A DNA stretch of 64,000 nt from Thermoplasmata archaeon (GCA_022750155.1 JAKIWG010000001.1:17138-81137), one strand, 5' to 3'; positions 38,946-49,622 are shown, numbered from the stretch's first letter. The notes: generated by a model from the letters alone, not told the origin. Made by a program: numbers and translations.

Positions 38946-40178
38946 TCAGTTGAGCGGGAGGGTAAGCCCACCGCTGAACCTGCCGTCAGCGTTGATCTGG
39001 AGCGTGGTGTTGGGCACAGGGGGGCCGCCCGATAGCCAAACGACGAACAGTTCGCCTTGCGAAAGGTTGGCGGGGAGCGAGCCCACCGACGATGTGTTCG
39101 ACCCGCAGCGCGCCGGATCGCATAGCGCCCAACCGGTTCCACCCGAAATCGAGTTGTTGCCGAACTGGGCGATGCCAAGGCCCGAGGAGGTCCCTATCGT
39201 GACGTTAAATGACCAGCGGCTCGACAAGGGCGTTTGGACATCGAACCCTAGTACGGACGTATTGATCCCCGATTTAGCCTGAGTGATCTCGAAGACCTCA
39301 CAGTAGCTTGTCCCCGAAGTAGCGAGAGGGCAACCGAGCGTGGCCGGGCCCACCGTCGACGTCGTCTCCACATTCTTAAACGTCAAGTTCAATGCCTGGC
39401 CGATCGGAATCGGTGGAGGCGGGGGCGGACTTCCCACTCCGGGTCCCACGAGGGAAATATTGACCTGCCCCGGGGCATAACTCTCACCCCCGAAACTTCC
39501 GTACCCACCATACCAGGAAGTCGCGGAGGTCCGATTCACCGTAAAGACGTCTCCGGACGGATTGACGGCTCCCGTCCAGACAATGAATTGTTCGTAGGTG
39601 ACGAACCCCAACGGTGGGGCCAAGGTCCCCGTCGCCGCTGAGCCACAGGTCGAAGGAAGACAAGTCGTCCAACCGACGCTAGGACTGGCAGAAACCTCCT
39701 GGGCGATGCCGTATCCGGTTCCGTTGACCAAGGTCAGAGTTTCGAACGAGGCGGGGGTGCCGTTCGCGAAGTTGATTCGGAAGAGAGAGTTGTTCGTCGC
39801 AAAGTACCCGTCCCCAAACTCGATCGGGACCCCGACGCAGTAGCTAGTGCCCTGCTCAGGAACCGGGCAACCGCCCTTAGCGCTTCCCGTCGAGTTGATG
39901 GAGAATCCGTATGGGCTTCCAAACAATAATGGGGGAAGAGGGGGGGCTCCTGAGCCGGGGGTCGGTACCTTCCCCGGGTTCGACGGGGAGCGGGACAAGT
40001 CGACGTAGACGGCACCGGCGCTGAGAGCAATGGCTGCAAGAATAGCCGCAATCAGCCATCGGGGGATTTTCGTGGGACCTTCGGCCAGTGCCCGAAGTGA
40101 GAACCTGAGGGGCCGGCCGACCATAGTAGCGAGACCGACGCGGAGCGAACGTATCACCATGTCGACCGGAGCGGTCAC
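38946..40178 (-). CDS. membrane-anchored surface protein with an internal tandem domain duplication
   Basis: N-terminal anchor WLIAAILAAIALSAGAVYV and a Pro-rich linker. Two repeats (GCPVPEQGTSYCVGVPIEF...YGIAQ... / GCPLATSGTSYCEVFEITQ...LGIAQ...) and many NxS/T sequons. Confidence 0.6.
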   Translation of the reverse strand: MTAPVDMVIRSLRVGLATMVGRPLRFSLRALAEGPTKIPRWLIAAILAAIALSAGAVYVDLSRSPSNPGKVPTPGSGAPPLPPLLFGSPYGFSINSTGSAKGGCPVPEQGTSYCVGVPIEFGDGYFATNNSLFRINFANGTPASFETLTLVNGTGYGIAQEVSASPSVGWTTCLPSTCGSAATGTLAPPLGFVTYEQFIVWTGAVNPSGDVFTVNRTSATSWYGGYGSFGGESYAPGQVNISLVGPGVGSPPPPPPIPIGQALNLTFKNVETTSTVGPATLGCPLATSGTSYCEVFEITQAKSGINTSVLGFDVQTPLSSRWSFNVTIGTSSGLGIAQFGNNSISGGTGWALCDPARCGSNTSSVGSLPANLSQGELFVVWLSGGPPVPNTTLQINADGRFSGGLTLPLN

Positions 40179-40494
40179 CGCGGGCGTACTCGCGCGAGCC
40201 CTCGACTCGGTTTACAGCGTAGGCTCGGCCGCGATCGACCAGGTTCTCCCCGACGGCAGAAATGATTCTACGATTCCCAACGTCGGCGTTGGGGGCTCCC
40301 GTGGTTCGGCCAGCTGGACACTTTGGGACAGCGGGGATGGGCAAGCCTCCCCGGGTGGCGACAGCTGCCACCGTCGGGGGAATCCCTCCCATTCTACCCA
40401 CCTCTTGAGGCGACCCCTCGGGGGGAATCCTCGGAGGGTCGGTTCACTGACCTGCAATGGGGCGGACCTCTTCGCGGGACCCGTCTGGGTTGCG

Positions 40495-40505
40495 GGATTC
40501 GAACC
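40495..40505 (-). repeat. tRNA T-arm-like motif, site 3
   Basis: Exact GGATTCGAACC on the plus strand in an 870-bp ORF-poor gap. The neighbouring GGCC-GAAA-GGTCC hairpin (minus sense) has a GNRA loop. Confidence 0.4.
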
Positions 40506-41052
40506 AATCTGCGAATCTTGAGAACGGACCTTTCGGCCTCCTTCCCCTTCCTTGCCTCTCCCGCCAACCCGGCTAGGGTGGATGCGACGGAACACGAGGC
40601 TCATTGTGACGGGCCGGGGGCGGCGCTTCATCGGCCTCGCGGCAGTCCTGATGAACGACTGTTTCGACCTTTGGCGGCGCTTCATCCCTCTGCCGAAGGA
40701 GCTCCAGCTCACCGCCGTCGGAAGACGCTGGGACCTGACGCCCCGAACCGATGGACCACTTCGGACAACCCTACTACGAAACCCCTCAGGACCTAGCCGA
40801 CCGACCCTTTCATGATGGGGCCAGCCCGAGGCGCGGAGGGAATGGAGTCGACGCCCTGGACTCCGAGGTTCGAATCGGCCGGTTCCCTTACCGCGGAAGA
40901 CAACGAGGAAACGGTCGAGTGCCGAGTGGCGTTCAGAAGTTGAAGCAGAAGGTGCCGCGTTGCCCTGCCATGCGGTTTGGGAGCCGCTCAACCGGAAGCA
41001 CGACTCTGCGCGGGGCGGAGCCTACATCTAGCCGAGTCGAGTTGGGAATCCA

Positions 41053-41676
41053 GTGGATCGGAGGCTGCTCCGGGATTTGCATTACATCGCATCAATGGCG
41101 GACCTCCCGTCGATCCTGCAACGCGGACTGCTCTCGCATAACCAGGCGGCCGCACTTCGCCCCCATGCTATTTCCGACCCAGCAGTTCAGCTTCGAAGGT
41201 CCAGAGTCAGGGTCCCGGGCGGCCTTTGGCTCCACGATTACGTCAACCTCTACTTTGATAGCCACAACCCCATGCTCTCTAAAATTCGCCACATGAACCG
41301 GGACCTGGTCGTCCTGGAAGTCTCGAAGGTTGTCGTGGACTTGCCAGATGTCGTCATCGCCGACCGAAACGCCGCGAAGGAGATGGTCCGTTTCGGGACC
41401 TCCCCCCAGGGCCTTGAAATCATCGACGGGGGAATCGTCTACAAGGAGTTCTGGAAGGACCCCCTAGGAGACCCTTTAGAGGATGAGCGGCGTGACGGGA
41501 TTAAGTGCTCTGAAGTGCTGACTCCCTCGCCCCTTCTACCGAGGTTCCTGCGGGGGACTGGAATCGTCTGCAGTGAGGACGCGAAGGCCGCAATCGAAGT
41601 GATAGCACCCTCCCTCCGGCTCCGCGTAGGTTCGAGGCATTTCTTCTGGGGAGGGACGGCAGGGCCAAGGCCATGA
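41053..41676 (+). CDS. darT: DarT-like ssDNA ADP-ribosyltransferase toxin (DUF4433)
   Basis: N-terminal LHYIASMADLPSILQRGLLSHN and C-terminal KCSEVLTP...IVC match the DUF4433 pattern (YHITH..NL.SIL..GL; AE.LV). GTG start. Overlaps the macro-domain gene by 4 nt. Confidence 0.8.
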   Translation: MDRRLLRDLHYIASMADLPSILQRGLLSHNQAAALRPHAISDPAVQLRRSRVRVPGGLWLHDYVNLYFDSHNPMLSKIRHMNRDLVVLEVSKVVVDLPDVVIADRNAAKEMVRFGTSPQGLEIIDGGIVYKEFWKDPLGDPLEDERRDGIKCSEVLTPSPLLPRFLRGTGIVCSEDAKAAIEVIAPSLRLRVGSRHFFWGGTAGPRP

Positions 41677-42788
41677 TTCGGTCAAAGGTTGGGGACATCC
41701 TCGACTCGAGGATGCAGACGCTAACGAACACGGTAAACTGTGTCGGGATCATGGGCAAGGGAATCGCCCTCGATTTCAAGAAACGATTCCCCGAAATGTT
41801 CGAGGAATACGTCGGACGGTGTCGCACGGGCCAAGTAAAGCTGGGAGAGCCCTACCTGTACAAGGGCTACGGCAAGCCTTGGATCCTGAACTTCCCCACG
41901 AAGGATCATTGGCGGTCGATGACTAGACTCGCCGACATCGTCACGGGACTGGAGTACTTGGCTGCTCACTACAGGGAATGGGGCATCACCTCTTTGGCGG
42001 TTCCGCCACTCGGTTGTGGTAACGGTCAGCTAGACTGGAGGGTGGTTGGACCAACCCTCTATCGGCACCTATCTGAACTCCCGATTCCGGTAGAGATGTT
42101 CGCGCCCCGAGGAACTCCCCCCGAGCTCCTCTCAGAAGCGTTCCTGGCCCAGGAGAATGGTCCGAAGAGGACGAAGACAAGCGAGGTAATGCCTCACTAC
42201 ATCAATCCGACTTGGGTTCCTTTGGTGGCTGTTGTAGACCAAGTCACTAAGGAGAGATACCACCGGCCGATCGGAAGAATAGCGCTGCAGAAGATGGCCT
42301 ACCTTCTCACAGCGGTCGGGGTTCCGACTGGATTCGAGTTCGTCCGCGGGCCATTCGGACCCTTCTCCCCGGACCTCAAGGAGGCGCTCGGTCGGATGAT
42401 TAACAACGGGTTGTTGGTGGAGGAGCGCGACGGCCAGAGGTTCGTCGTCACTCCGGGTTCAACGTACGAAGACGCGCGGAAAGTCTATGCGGGCGAGCTC
42501 GAGAAGTGGAAGAAGGAGATCTCGAAGTTGACCGACCTTATGCTTCGGCTGACAACTCATGGGGCGGAAATCACGGCGACCGTGTTTTACTCGGCCCGAT
42601 CCCTTGCGGAGAGTCACGGTCGGACTCCAACCGAGCAGGCCGTCCTCGAGGAAGTCATGAAGTGGAAGCGGCGGCGACTTCCCACTTGGGATCGGAAGGA
42701 GGTTGCTCTCGTCATCCGGGATCTGAATGCGCTTCGGTTCGTCAATCTGGAGCATTCCGACGAATTGCTGCCCGTCCCGGCCGAGTAG
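41673..42788 (+). CDS. darG: DarG-like antitoxin: macrodomain + C-terminal DUF4065/Panacea-like domain
   Basis: Macro motifs NTVNCVGIMGKGIALDFKKRFP and SLAVPPLGCGNGQLDW. The C-terminal segment IALQKMAYLLTAVGVPTGFEFVRGPFGPFSPDL resembles SocA/DUF4065. Confidence 0.8.
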   Translation: MIRSKVGDILDSRMQTLTNTVNCVGIMGKGIALDFKKRFPEMFEEYVGRCRTGQVKLGEPYLYKGYGKPWILNFPTKDHWRSMTRLADIVTGLEYLAAHYREWGITSLAVPPLGCGNGQLDWRVVGPTLYRHLSELPIPVEMFAPRGTPPELLSEAFLAQENGPKRTKTSEVMPHYINPTWVPLVAVVDQVTKERYHRPIGRIALQKMAYLLTAVGVPTGFEFVRGPFGPFSPDLKEALGRMINNGLLVEERDGQRFVVTPGSTYEDARKVYAGELEKWKKEISKLTDLMLRLTTHGAEITATVFYSARSLAESHGRTPTEQAVLEEVMKWKRRRLPTWDRKEVALVIRDLNALRFVNLEHSDELLPVPAE

Positions 42789-42882
42789 GTGACCTCAACC
42801 CGAGAATCCCACTCCTCGTCGCGGGAAGGTCTTTCGAACGGCTCGGCACGACTTTCGGCGCGGTTCGCTCGCCTGCCCCAAC

Positions 42883-43542
42883 TTAATGGGGCCCCGGCCC
42901 CACGAGGTGTAGCTTCGCGAACAAGCGATGACATTCGGAGGAATCTGTGAAGTCCTCACGAGCTTCCTCTGAGTAGGCGACGGATGCTCGTTCAAGCTCG
43001 CCGTCAGCCCTCGCGAGCTTCTCTACGACGGGAAGAAAGCCCGAAAGGAACCCACGAGCGTGGGCGACAAACCGTTCACGGCAGAAGGATTCGATCTCAG
43101 CGTCGACGGGCTCCTTGCCCGGGGCAATGTCTGCAGCGAACTCATGACTGTAGCGCAACCGATTCCACGCGTGACCAAGGAGGTGATCGAACTCTCCCCT
43201 CCAATATTCGAGATTCTGATCAAAAGGGTCTGAGAGACCAGCCTTCCCCTCACGCACTAAGACAAGGCGCTTCGCCTCGAGCTCCTTGAGGCCCCGATGA
43301 GCCGTCACCCTTCTCCAACCTGCTTCTCGGGCGGCCGGGTTCTTGGAGGCCGCCCAGACTTTCTGAAGTGGGGTTGGCGGCTTCAGGAGTCCGGCCACTT
43401 CTGCCTGCCTCACGGGTCCTCTCGCATTCCTGAGCCCTGAAACTACGTCCTGCGCCGCACTCGAGAGGGAGTGGATGCCCCCGCCCGTGGCACCTCTCAG
43501 AGGTCGTCCTTTTCTCGATCGAAGCTCCCTGCCTGCAGACAC
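42883..43542 (-). CDS. hypothetical protein, possible wHTH regulator
   Basis: 219-aa ORF convergent with darG. The central RRVTAHRGLKELEAKRLVLVREGK is wHTH-like. Start uncertain. Confidence 0.4.
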   Translation of the reverse strand: MSAGRELRSRKGRPLRGATGGGIHSLSSAAQDVVSGLRNARGPVRQAEVAGLLKPPTPLQKVWAASKNPAAREAGWRRVTAHRGLKELEAKRLVLVREGKAGLSDPFDQNLEYWRGEFDHLLGHAWNRLRYSHEFAADIAPGKEPVDAEIESFCRERFVAHARGFLSGFLPVVEKLARADGELERASVAYSEEAREDFTDSSECHRLFAKLHLVGPGPH

Positions 43543-44045
43543 TTTTGTAACGCCCCGCTACTCGCGTTACAATTTGGTAACATTAAGGCTTGCCCACGGC
43601 CTTGGACAACCGGGGGGGGTTGGAATTCGGGCACGAGTCCGCATCGAACTTTCCGTTGAAGTTCGGCGCGATGCCTGCTTGGATGGCCGATTCTGTCCGA
43701 TGGGAGCGGGAGCTTCGCGTCAAGAGAATGTAGTTTCGGCCATTCGGGAAGGAACCTCGCTGGCCCGATGGGGGTTGCTTCTGTCCTCGATCTTCGGGGT
43801 CTGTGCCCTGGTCCTCACAATATTGCTCCACTAGACCTGGCACACGCCCCGCCGTCGGGCCCTTCAGGGCGCGGGTCTCGATTCGCAATCTCTGGTCCTG
43901 GACGAGAGGAGAACTCGACTCCTTGAGATTGCCCGGAGGGTCTTGGTGAGGGGAACGGGGTCGGAATCCCTGGGGCTGGATTCTTGGGCGGTGCGGTCGG
44001 GTCTTGGTGAGGGGTGTGCCTGCCCTTTGAAAGTAGGGCGGAGAA

Positions 44046-44055
44046 GATTCGAACC
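44046..44055 (-). repeat. tRNA T-arm-like motif, site 4 (GATTCGAACC)
   Basis: Lies in a 1.1-kb ORF-poor gap. Flanking sequence is collinear with site 3 (minus sense GTTCTC-N3-4-ATTCG-N7-8-GGTTCGAATC). Confidence 0.35.
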
Positions 44056-44640
44056 GAGATCGAATGCCCGAGAACCGACATCGCCTTGATTTCCCGGTAG
44101 CGGGTGCCGTGTTCCGTTCTCCAATCATAGTGAACAGAGGTAGATCTTCGTGATTGGCTAGAGGAAGCTCGATCCGAGTCGCTGACCCCGGTCCCTTATC
44201 CACTAGTTGACAAGGGTCAGGTACCAGTCACTCGAGCCGGGCTCCAGGGGCCTTGAACCCGGCGTTCCGCTCCTCGAGACCCAGATGGAGCGCCGCTCGC
44301 CTCCCCGATCCGCTGACCCGAATTCAACGTGAAGTCGCGTGCGGTCGCCACGAGATACCGAAGTGAAGTCCCGCTCCCACGGCAGGTCGGGCGGTCCACG
44401 ATATGCCGCAATCCATCGAATTGGTCGAAGGCCCCGGGCCGGACTCATGTGGAGGTTCGAGAACCGGTAGCGTGGCTTGTAGAGCGATGATACCGCATAG
44501 AGACCGATTGATGCAGTCAATACGCCCGGCATATTGATGATGTGTCCAATCCGGTCAACCAATGGTAACGGTTATTAACTCACCCGATCTTGGGGTTGCT
44601 GCAAAGCTGCCCCGCTAGGGGTGGAGTGAGCTCAGTGAGA

Positions 44641-45150
44641 ATGAAGGAGAAGAACGAGGCGGCAAGAATTGCGCCTGCAGAGGCGGTCGAGGACCCAGAA
44701 TTCGAGGTCATCATCCGCGGACCCGGGGTGTCTGTCGAGCGGAAGGTAGGGAGGTTGACCGCACAGCGGGCGGTCGTCGTGATACTCGGAGATGGTACCA
44801 CCGAACTCCCTCCGATGTCACCCTCCCCTACGCAGCTAGGCCCAGAGACCATTGAAGGCGACTCGCCTTCGCTTAGGGAGTATTGGACTCGGCTTAGGCT
44901 CGACTCGAACCCGGCGAAGATCGCCGCTATCGGCGCTCACTCGAGGGCGTATCACCGGAAGCCCACCTTCTCCCGGGACGACCTTCGTGCTGCGTTCGTT
45001 TCGGCGGGCGAGCCGATGCCGCGAAACCTACCTCGTGACATCAAGAAGGCGGTTCGCGCCGGGTACATCGCACCCAGCCCGGGAAACGACGCGGGCTACT
45101 ACGTGACCGCGACGGGACTCGCTCTCCTTCGACCCTCGGAGAGTCCTTGA
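44641..45150 (+). CDS. small protein, paralog family member 1 (C-terminal winged-helix-like module)
   Basis: Start at ATG 44641 (MKEKNEAAR), preceded by a GGAGTGAG Shine-Dalgarno-like sequence. C-terminus PTFSRDDLRAAFVSAGEPMPRNLPRDIKKAVRAGYI...YYVTATGLALL. Confidence 0.6.
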   Translation: MKEKNEAARIAPAEAVEDPEFEVIIRGPGVSVERKVGRLTAQRAVVVILGDGTTELPPMSPSPTQLGPETIEGDSPSLREYWTRLRLDSNPAKIAAIGAHSRAYHRKPTFSRDDLRAAFVSAGEPMPRNLPRDIKKAVRAGYIAPSPGNDAGYYVTATGLALLRPSESP

Positions 45151-45152
45151 GC

Positions 45153-45791
45153 ATGTCGGCCAGGTGGCTCGACGAGGCGATGCCTGCCATCCGAGAGATG
45201 GAGAGGGTCTCTGACCTTTGTGCCGAGCCTTACCGAGCGAGCTGCTTCGACCGCCTCCTTTCCCACTGGCTCTCCCAGCTGCCGGGGATTCGGTCGGAAG
45301 TCCAGATTCAGACCGGGCCGGCGCCGCCGTCAGAGGTGGCGGAGTCAACCGCTCCCGTGCGACGGCACGTGGCCGGCTTTCTGGCGAGCTACGGACTACC
45401 GAAAGATTCGGTCGAGAATCTGATTGACGTGAGGTCAGGAAAGGTGCTGGCCCGTGATCTCGGCCGAACCAAGCGCAGCATCCAGCAGCGCCTAGGGGTC
45501 CTTCTTGGTCTGAAGCACTTCGCCACAGACGGCGACTTCGCCTTCCCTCAGGACGAACTAGTCGAGTTGTGCAGGCATCACGGTGCGTATGACCAGGCCA
45601 ACTTCGCCAAGACGATGAAAGCGACGACGCAGGACTCGATCGCGGTGTTCGTGAAGGAGGGCCAATCTTGGCGACTAACGAAGCCTGGCGAGCGCTACCT
45701 TGCGGAAGTCATCCAGTCAATCGTTCAACCCCAGGCGCGTCCGATTCAGGCCCGCCTTGACATCGAGAGCCCTCCAGCGGGAGCCGGGTAG
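45153..45791 (+). CDS. small protein, paralog family member 2
   Basis: ATG 2 nt after the previous stop. C-terminus DFAFPQDELVELCRHHGAYDQANFAKTMKA...WRLTKPGERYLAEVI shows the same pattern. Confidence 0.6.
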   Translation: MSARWLDEAMPAIREMERVSDLCAEPYRASCFDRLLSHWLSQLPGIRSEVQIQTGPAPPSEVAESTAPVRRHVAGFLASYGLPKDSVENLIDVRSGKVLARDLGRTKRSIQQRLGVLLGLKHFATDGDFAFPQDELVELCRHHGAYDQANFAKTMKATTQDSIAVFVKEGQSWRLTKPGERYLAEVIQSIVQPQARPIQARLDIESPPAGAG

Positions 45792-45810
45792 GCGACAAGG
45801 AGCGAAAACA

Positions 45811-46209
45811 ATGGATGCAGAATTGAAGGCTTGGCAAGCGGAGATTGAGCGACGAATTGAGCGGCTGGAGGGTACGCCGGCATCACCCCCCCGTCTGAGT
45901 TCAAGCAAACCCACCTCAGTCGGGGAGTTCCTTCAATCTAAGGGTCCACGGAACGGATTGGAGAAGTCGGTTGTGGTCGCCTATCACATTGAGAAACTCT
46001 CGGGAAAGGGGGCCTTCACGCTAGCCGACATCCGGTTGGGCTTCAGGGAGGCGAAGGAGCCTCTTCCAGTCAACTCGCGAGACCTTGTCCACAAGGCAAT
46101 CAAGAAGGGCTGGATGATGGAAGCGGGGGGGCCGAAGAGGGACGGGTTTCGATCCTTGATGCTCACGAACTCAGGTGAGCAGTTCGTTCAAGGGCTGAAA
46201 TCGGGATAG
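45811..46209 (+). CDS. small protein, paralog family member 3
   Basis: Start at ATG 45811 (MDAELKAWQAEIERRIERLEG). C-terminus AFTLADIRLGFREAKEPLPVNSRDLVHKAIKKGWM...LMLTNSGEQFV. Confidence 0.6.
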   Translation: MDAELKAWQAEIERRIERLEGTPASPPRLSSSKPTSVGEFLQSKGPRNGLEKSVVVAYHIEKLSGKGAFTLADIRLGFREAKEPLPVNSRDLVHKAIKKGWMMEAGGPKRDGFRSLMLTNSGEQFVQGLKSG

Positions 46210-46787
46210 GACCGTGAGGTCCGCCGGTTCCCGTACCCTTTCCTCTGCGCCATCGGGTCTGCAATCGGCTTGTTGGTGGGTGCGTCACGAATCCCAGGGC
46301 GCAGCCACTTTCGACGAAAGCTCGGTGCGCTGTCGCAACATTGCCCCACCTTGGCGAAGGGCTCTCCTCGAGGGGGGCACCGACACACGGCTCCTATCCT
46401 GCGTGATGCCAAGCTTGAACCCTCGCGAGAAGGGGTTGCTGGCCGGAGGGGTTGAATCTTTCGAAAATGTCCGCCCCCGAGACCCCGACCGTGTTCGGAT
46501 CCTTGTCTAGGGCATCACTTTATCAGGACAATCGCGAGAGCGGATTTGAAGCAGGTTTGGATGCGCCTGCAGCATGAAGGTTTGGACCTGATCCCCCTGG
46601 GCCGAGGTGGGTCGACTCGATGAGTTCCGACGGCGAGCTTCAGCCCCCCATCACGGGCGTGACTCGGATTCAGTCGTACTGGAGCGCCACAGGAGTAATA
46701 TGCTGGGCCGCCTCAACCCGGCTGGGGCTACTTGAGGCCGTGGCGCGCCCGATCCCTCGGAGTGGGGTGTAGAGGCGGAGGACGAGC

Positions 46788-48704
46788 ATGAACACGTCAA
46801 GTGGTGGGCATTCGTATCGTCAGAGGGGCGTACGCCGAACGACCCTTCAAGGAGCAGTGCTCTGGGGGGTCGTGGTTTCTGCGGCCATAGCGGGCACGGC
46901 ATGGCTCTCCGTGTCCCCAGCCGCGGGGCAATCGCCACGCGTCGGTGCACTGGTGGTCGGTGCTGGCCCAACCGGCATTGCGTACGCGACCGACAACCAT
47001 AACATCTACCTCACGAACGCCTACTCGAACACGGTATCCGTGGTCTCGTCGACCACATTCGGATTGATTAAGACCATCTCGGTGGGAATATCTCCTGGAG
47101 GCATCGTGTATGATCCTTCGAATCAGCGAATCTACGTCGCGAACGCCAATTCGAGCAACTTGTCCGAAATCGACACGACCTCAAACACCGTCGCCGGGAC
47201 CCTCGCGACAGGGTTTCAACCAATCGGGGTTGCGTACGATCCGTTCAACCAGGGCATCTATGTCACGAATCGAGGGGATAACAATGTCTCCGTATTTACC
47301 AGTAACGGCAGCTCCTACAGCGCAAACGTTTCTGTGGGAACCGCTCCCACTGCGATTGCCTACGATCCGACGAACCAGGAGATGTACGTGGTCAATAGTC
47401 AAGACGGAACGATCGCGGTTATCGACAGCAGCAGCAACACGGTCAGTCAGTTGGTGGGCGTGGGGCGCTACGCGTCGGGGGTTGCGTACGACCCTGCGAA
47501 CACAGCAATGTACGTGACGAACAACCTGACGGGCAACGTGTCCATCCTCGACTCTGGAGGAAACTCCCTGGCGTTCAACGTTTCACTCGGGGGCAACCCT
47601 GGACCGGTCGCCTTCGATCCGATGGATCACGCAATGCTAGTCTCAATGAATCAGCTCCCCGGCCGTGTCGACGCCATTGGCAACCAGACCCTGGCCCAGA
47701 TTGCCGCCGTCACGGTCGGGAGTGATCCACGCGGTCTGGTATTCGATCAGAAGAACTCGGAGGTGTTCGTCGCGAACCTAGGCTCGGGGACCGTATCCTT
47801 CTTCGGCGCAGGTAGCTACATTGGCGTCGCCTCCGTTTCAGTTGACAACTCCACCTCGGCGGCGTATGACCCGACGACCCAAGAATTATACGTGGTCGAG
47901 AATACTGCGTACGGGAACGTCACCGTCCTGGGCGGGCACAATCTAAGCCTTATCACACGGATCGCTGTGGGCAGCTTCCCCGAGGCGGTTGCCTACGACC
48001 CGACTCAGGGGGAGGTATTCGTAACCAACTCGGTCTCAAACAACATCTCGGTTATCAATGCCTCCACGCACTTGGTGACGGGTTCGATTCCTGCATATGA
48101 CAACCCTTGTGGGATTGTGTACGATCCACATATGGGCCGCATTTACGTTTCTAATATGAACAGCGACAACGTATCCGTGATCATTGCCAGTAACGGGTCA
48201 ATCATAGGCAATATTCTTGTGGGATCGAGCCCGGAGGGACTTGCGTATGATCCGTTGAACCACCATATCTACGTCACTGACTTCGGGTCGAACTCCGTGT
48301 CGGTAATCAGTGAAACCCGAAACTACGCACCGATTGCGACCATCGGTGTCGGCTCTGGGCCGGCCGGAATCGCCTACGACCCCTTCAATCGTGATGTTTA
48401 CGTGGCAAACTCCCTGAGCTCGAATCTGTCGCTGATCAGCAGCCAGTTCAATAGGGTTGTTGGGACGGTTGCCGTTCCATTCTCTCCAGCTGGAATCGCG
48501 TACGACCCCTTGAGCAGGACGATCGCCGTTGCTGGCCTCGCGATTTCGAGTGTCAATCTCACCCTCGTTTGGGTGGGGCATGGAAACCAAGTAGTCGCGC
48601 TGAGTTTCGGGGACGGACCGGGCACGTACGCGACATACGATCAAGCCGACCGAACCATGCTGGCTGCTACACCTCTGGACATCATCGACTCTTTCACTAG
48701 CTAG
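46788..48704 (+). CDS. secreted YVTN-family beta-propeller repeat protein
   Basis: Signal/anchor AVLWGVVVSAAIAGTAWLSV. More than 12 repeats of the P.G(I/V)AYDP...(I/M)YV(T/A)N...N.VSVI type. Confidence 0.8.
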   Translation: MNTSSGGHSYRQRGVRRTTLQGAVLWGVVVSAAIAGTAWLSVSPAAGQSPRVGALVVGAGPTGIAYATDNHNIYLTNAYSNTVSVVSSTTFGLIKTISVGISPGGIVYDPSNQRIYVANANSSNLSEIDTTSNTVAGTLATGFQPIGVAYDPFNQGIYVTNRGDNNVSVFTSNGSSYSANVSVGTAPTAIAYDPTNQEMYVVNSQDGTIAVIDSSSNTVSQLVGVGRYASGVAYDPANTAMYVTNNLTGNVSILDSGGNSLAFNVSLGGNPGPVAFDPMDHAMLVSMNQLPGRVDAIGNQTLAQIAAVTVGSDPRGLVFDQKNSEVFVANLGSGTVSFFGAGSYIGVASVSVDNSTSAAYDPTTQELYVVENTAYGNVTVLGGHNLSLITRIAVGSFPEAVAYDPTQGEVFVTNSVSNNISVINASTHLVTGSIPAYDNPCGIVYDPHMGRIYVSNMNSDNVSVIIASNGSIIGNILVGSSPEGLAYDPLNHHIYVTDFGSNSVSVISETRNYAPIATIGVGSGPAGIAYDPFNRDVYVANSLSSNLSLISSQFNRVVGTVAVPFSPAGIAYDPLSRTIAVAGLAISSVNLTLVWVGHGNQVVALSFGDGPGTYATYDQADRTMLAATPLDIIDSFTS

Positions 48705-49622
48705 GGTTGGGCGTTACCACCTCACAGGCAGCTGCCGGCCCGCCCCGTGAGAGGACCGAGAAACCCCACGCCGGCTCGAATCGGTCCGCGGGCCTGACTC
48801 TGGCACCAGTGCCCCCGGTTTGTGGTGTAATCGGGACTGCCCCCGCGGCCAGGGAATTGCCTGGAAAACTCCCGCAGGAAACGTGATAGAGCCGGGAGGC
48901 GAGTTTGCGAGCGGCTCCACGCTTGGACCATGACCATGGGAATGAATTCCGGTCGCAGGGACTGCCATCGACCGCTCGGGAGGGCTGAGGATCGACCGCA
49001 AGCTCGCGGTCGGATGTCCGGGAGGATGGACCCCCTGGCTGCCTCAGCTTTGCTTGAGAATCTCGGTGCGGCCCAAGAGCCGAGTTCGATCACCCTATCG
49101 ACCGAGGCATAGCTTGTCCCTTCGCCGAAAAGGGAATCCAAGTGTTGGTAATACTCCCCTTCCCACTCCGGGTCGGGGGTTCGAACTTTCATGCCATTCC
49201 CCCTCCCCGCACATCGGGGAATACTAGGAGCGGAGTTACTTGGCCGACCCCGCTCCTCTGCCGGGCGAAGCGGCTCCCAGTTCCGTTCGCCACCTTCCGA
49301 AGGTTAGTCGTCTCTAAGACTTGGTTCGCCGGCGACTATGGAGACCCTCCGCCTCGGGTGGGGGTGGCCGTGGTTTGATTGGCGGAATCGGCTCTGTTCC
49401 CGAGGGGCCCGGAGGCGCGCGGGGCCATGGCTTGGGCGCTGCCATAGCCGGGCATGCGGGAGCCCGGTCGCGGATCCCTCCACTCTCAAGGGCCTTTGAG
49501 GGTCTGCCTACATCAGGGGCTGGGGCTTCCGGCCATCGTTCGGGGGGCGAGATGGAAATTGGGGGACCACGCGCTGAGATCTCCAGTTCCCGGCGTTTCT
49601 TGTCCTGGCTCATGGCACCGAC

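Noticed and set aside
40212-44562. ORFs inside the gaps: 40212..40991 (-), 40751..41296 (+), 43583..44203 (-), 44203..44562 (-)
   Set aside because: Their translations are P/R/S/G-rich and lack hydrophobic cores or motifs. Several overlap each other. They were treated as non-coding.
48722-49192. 156-aa minus ORF after the YVTN gene
   Set aside because: Only the first ~40 aa look protein-like and the rest is R/S/G/P-rich. No partner or motif was found.
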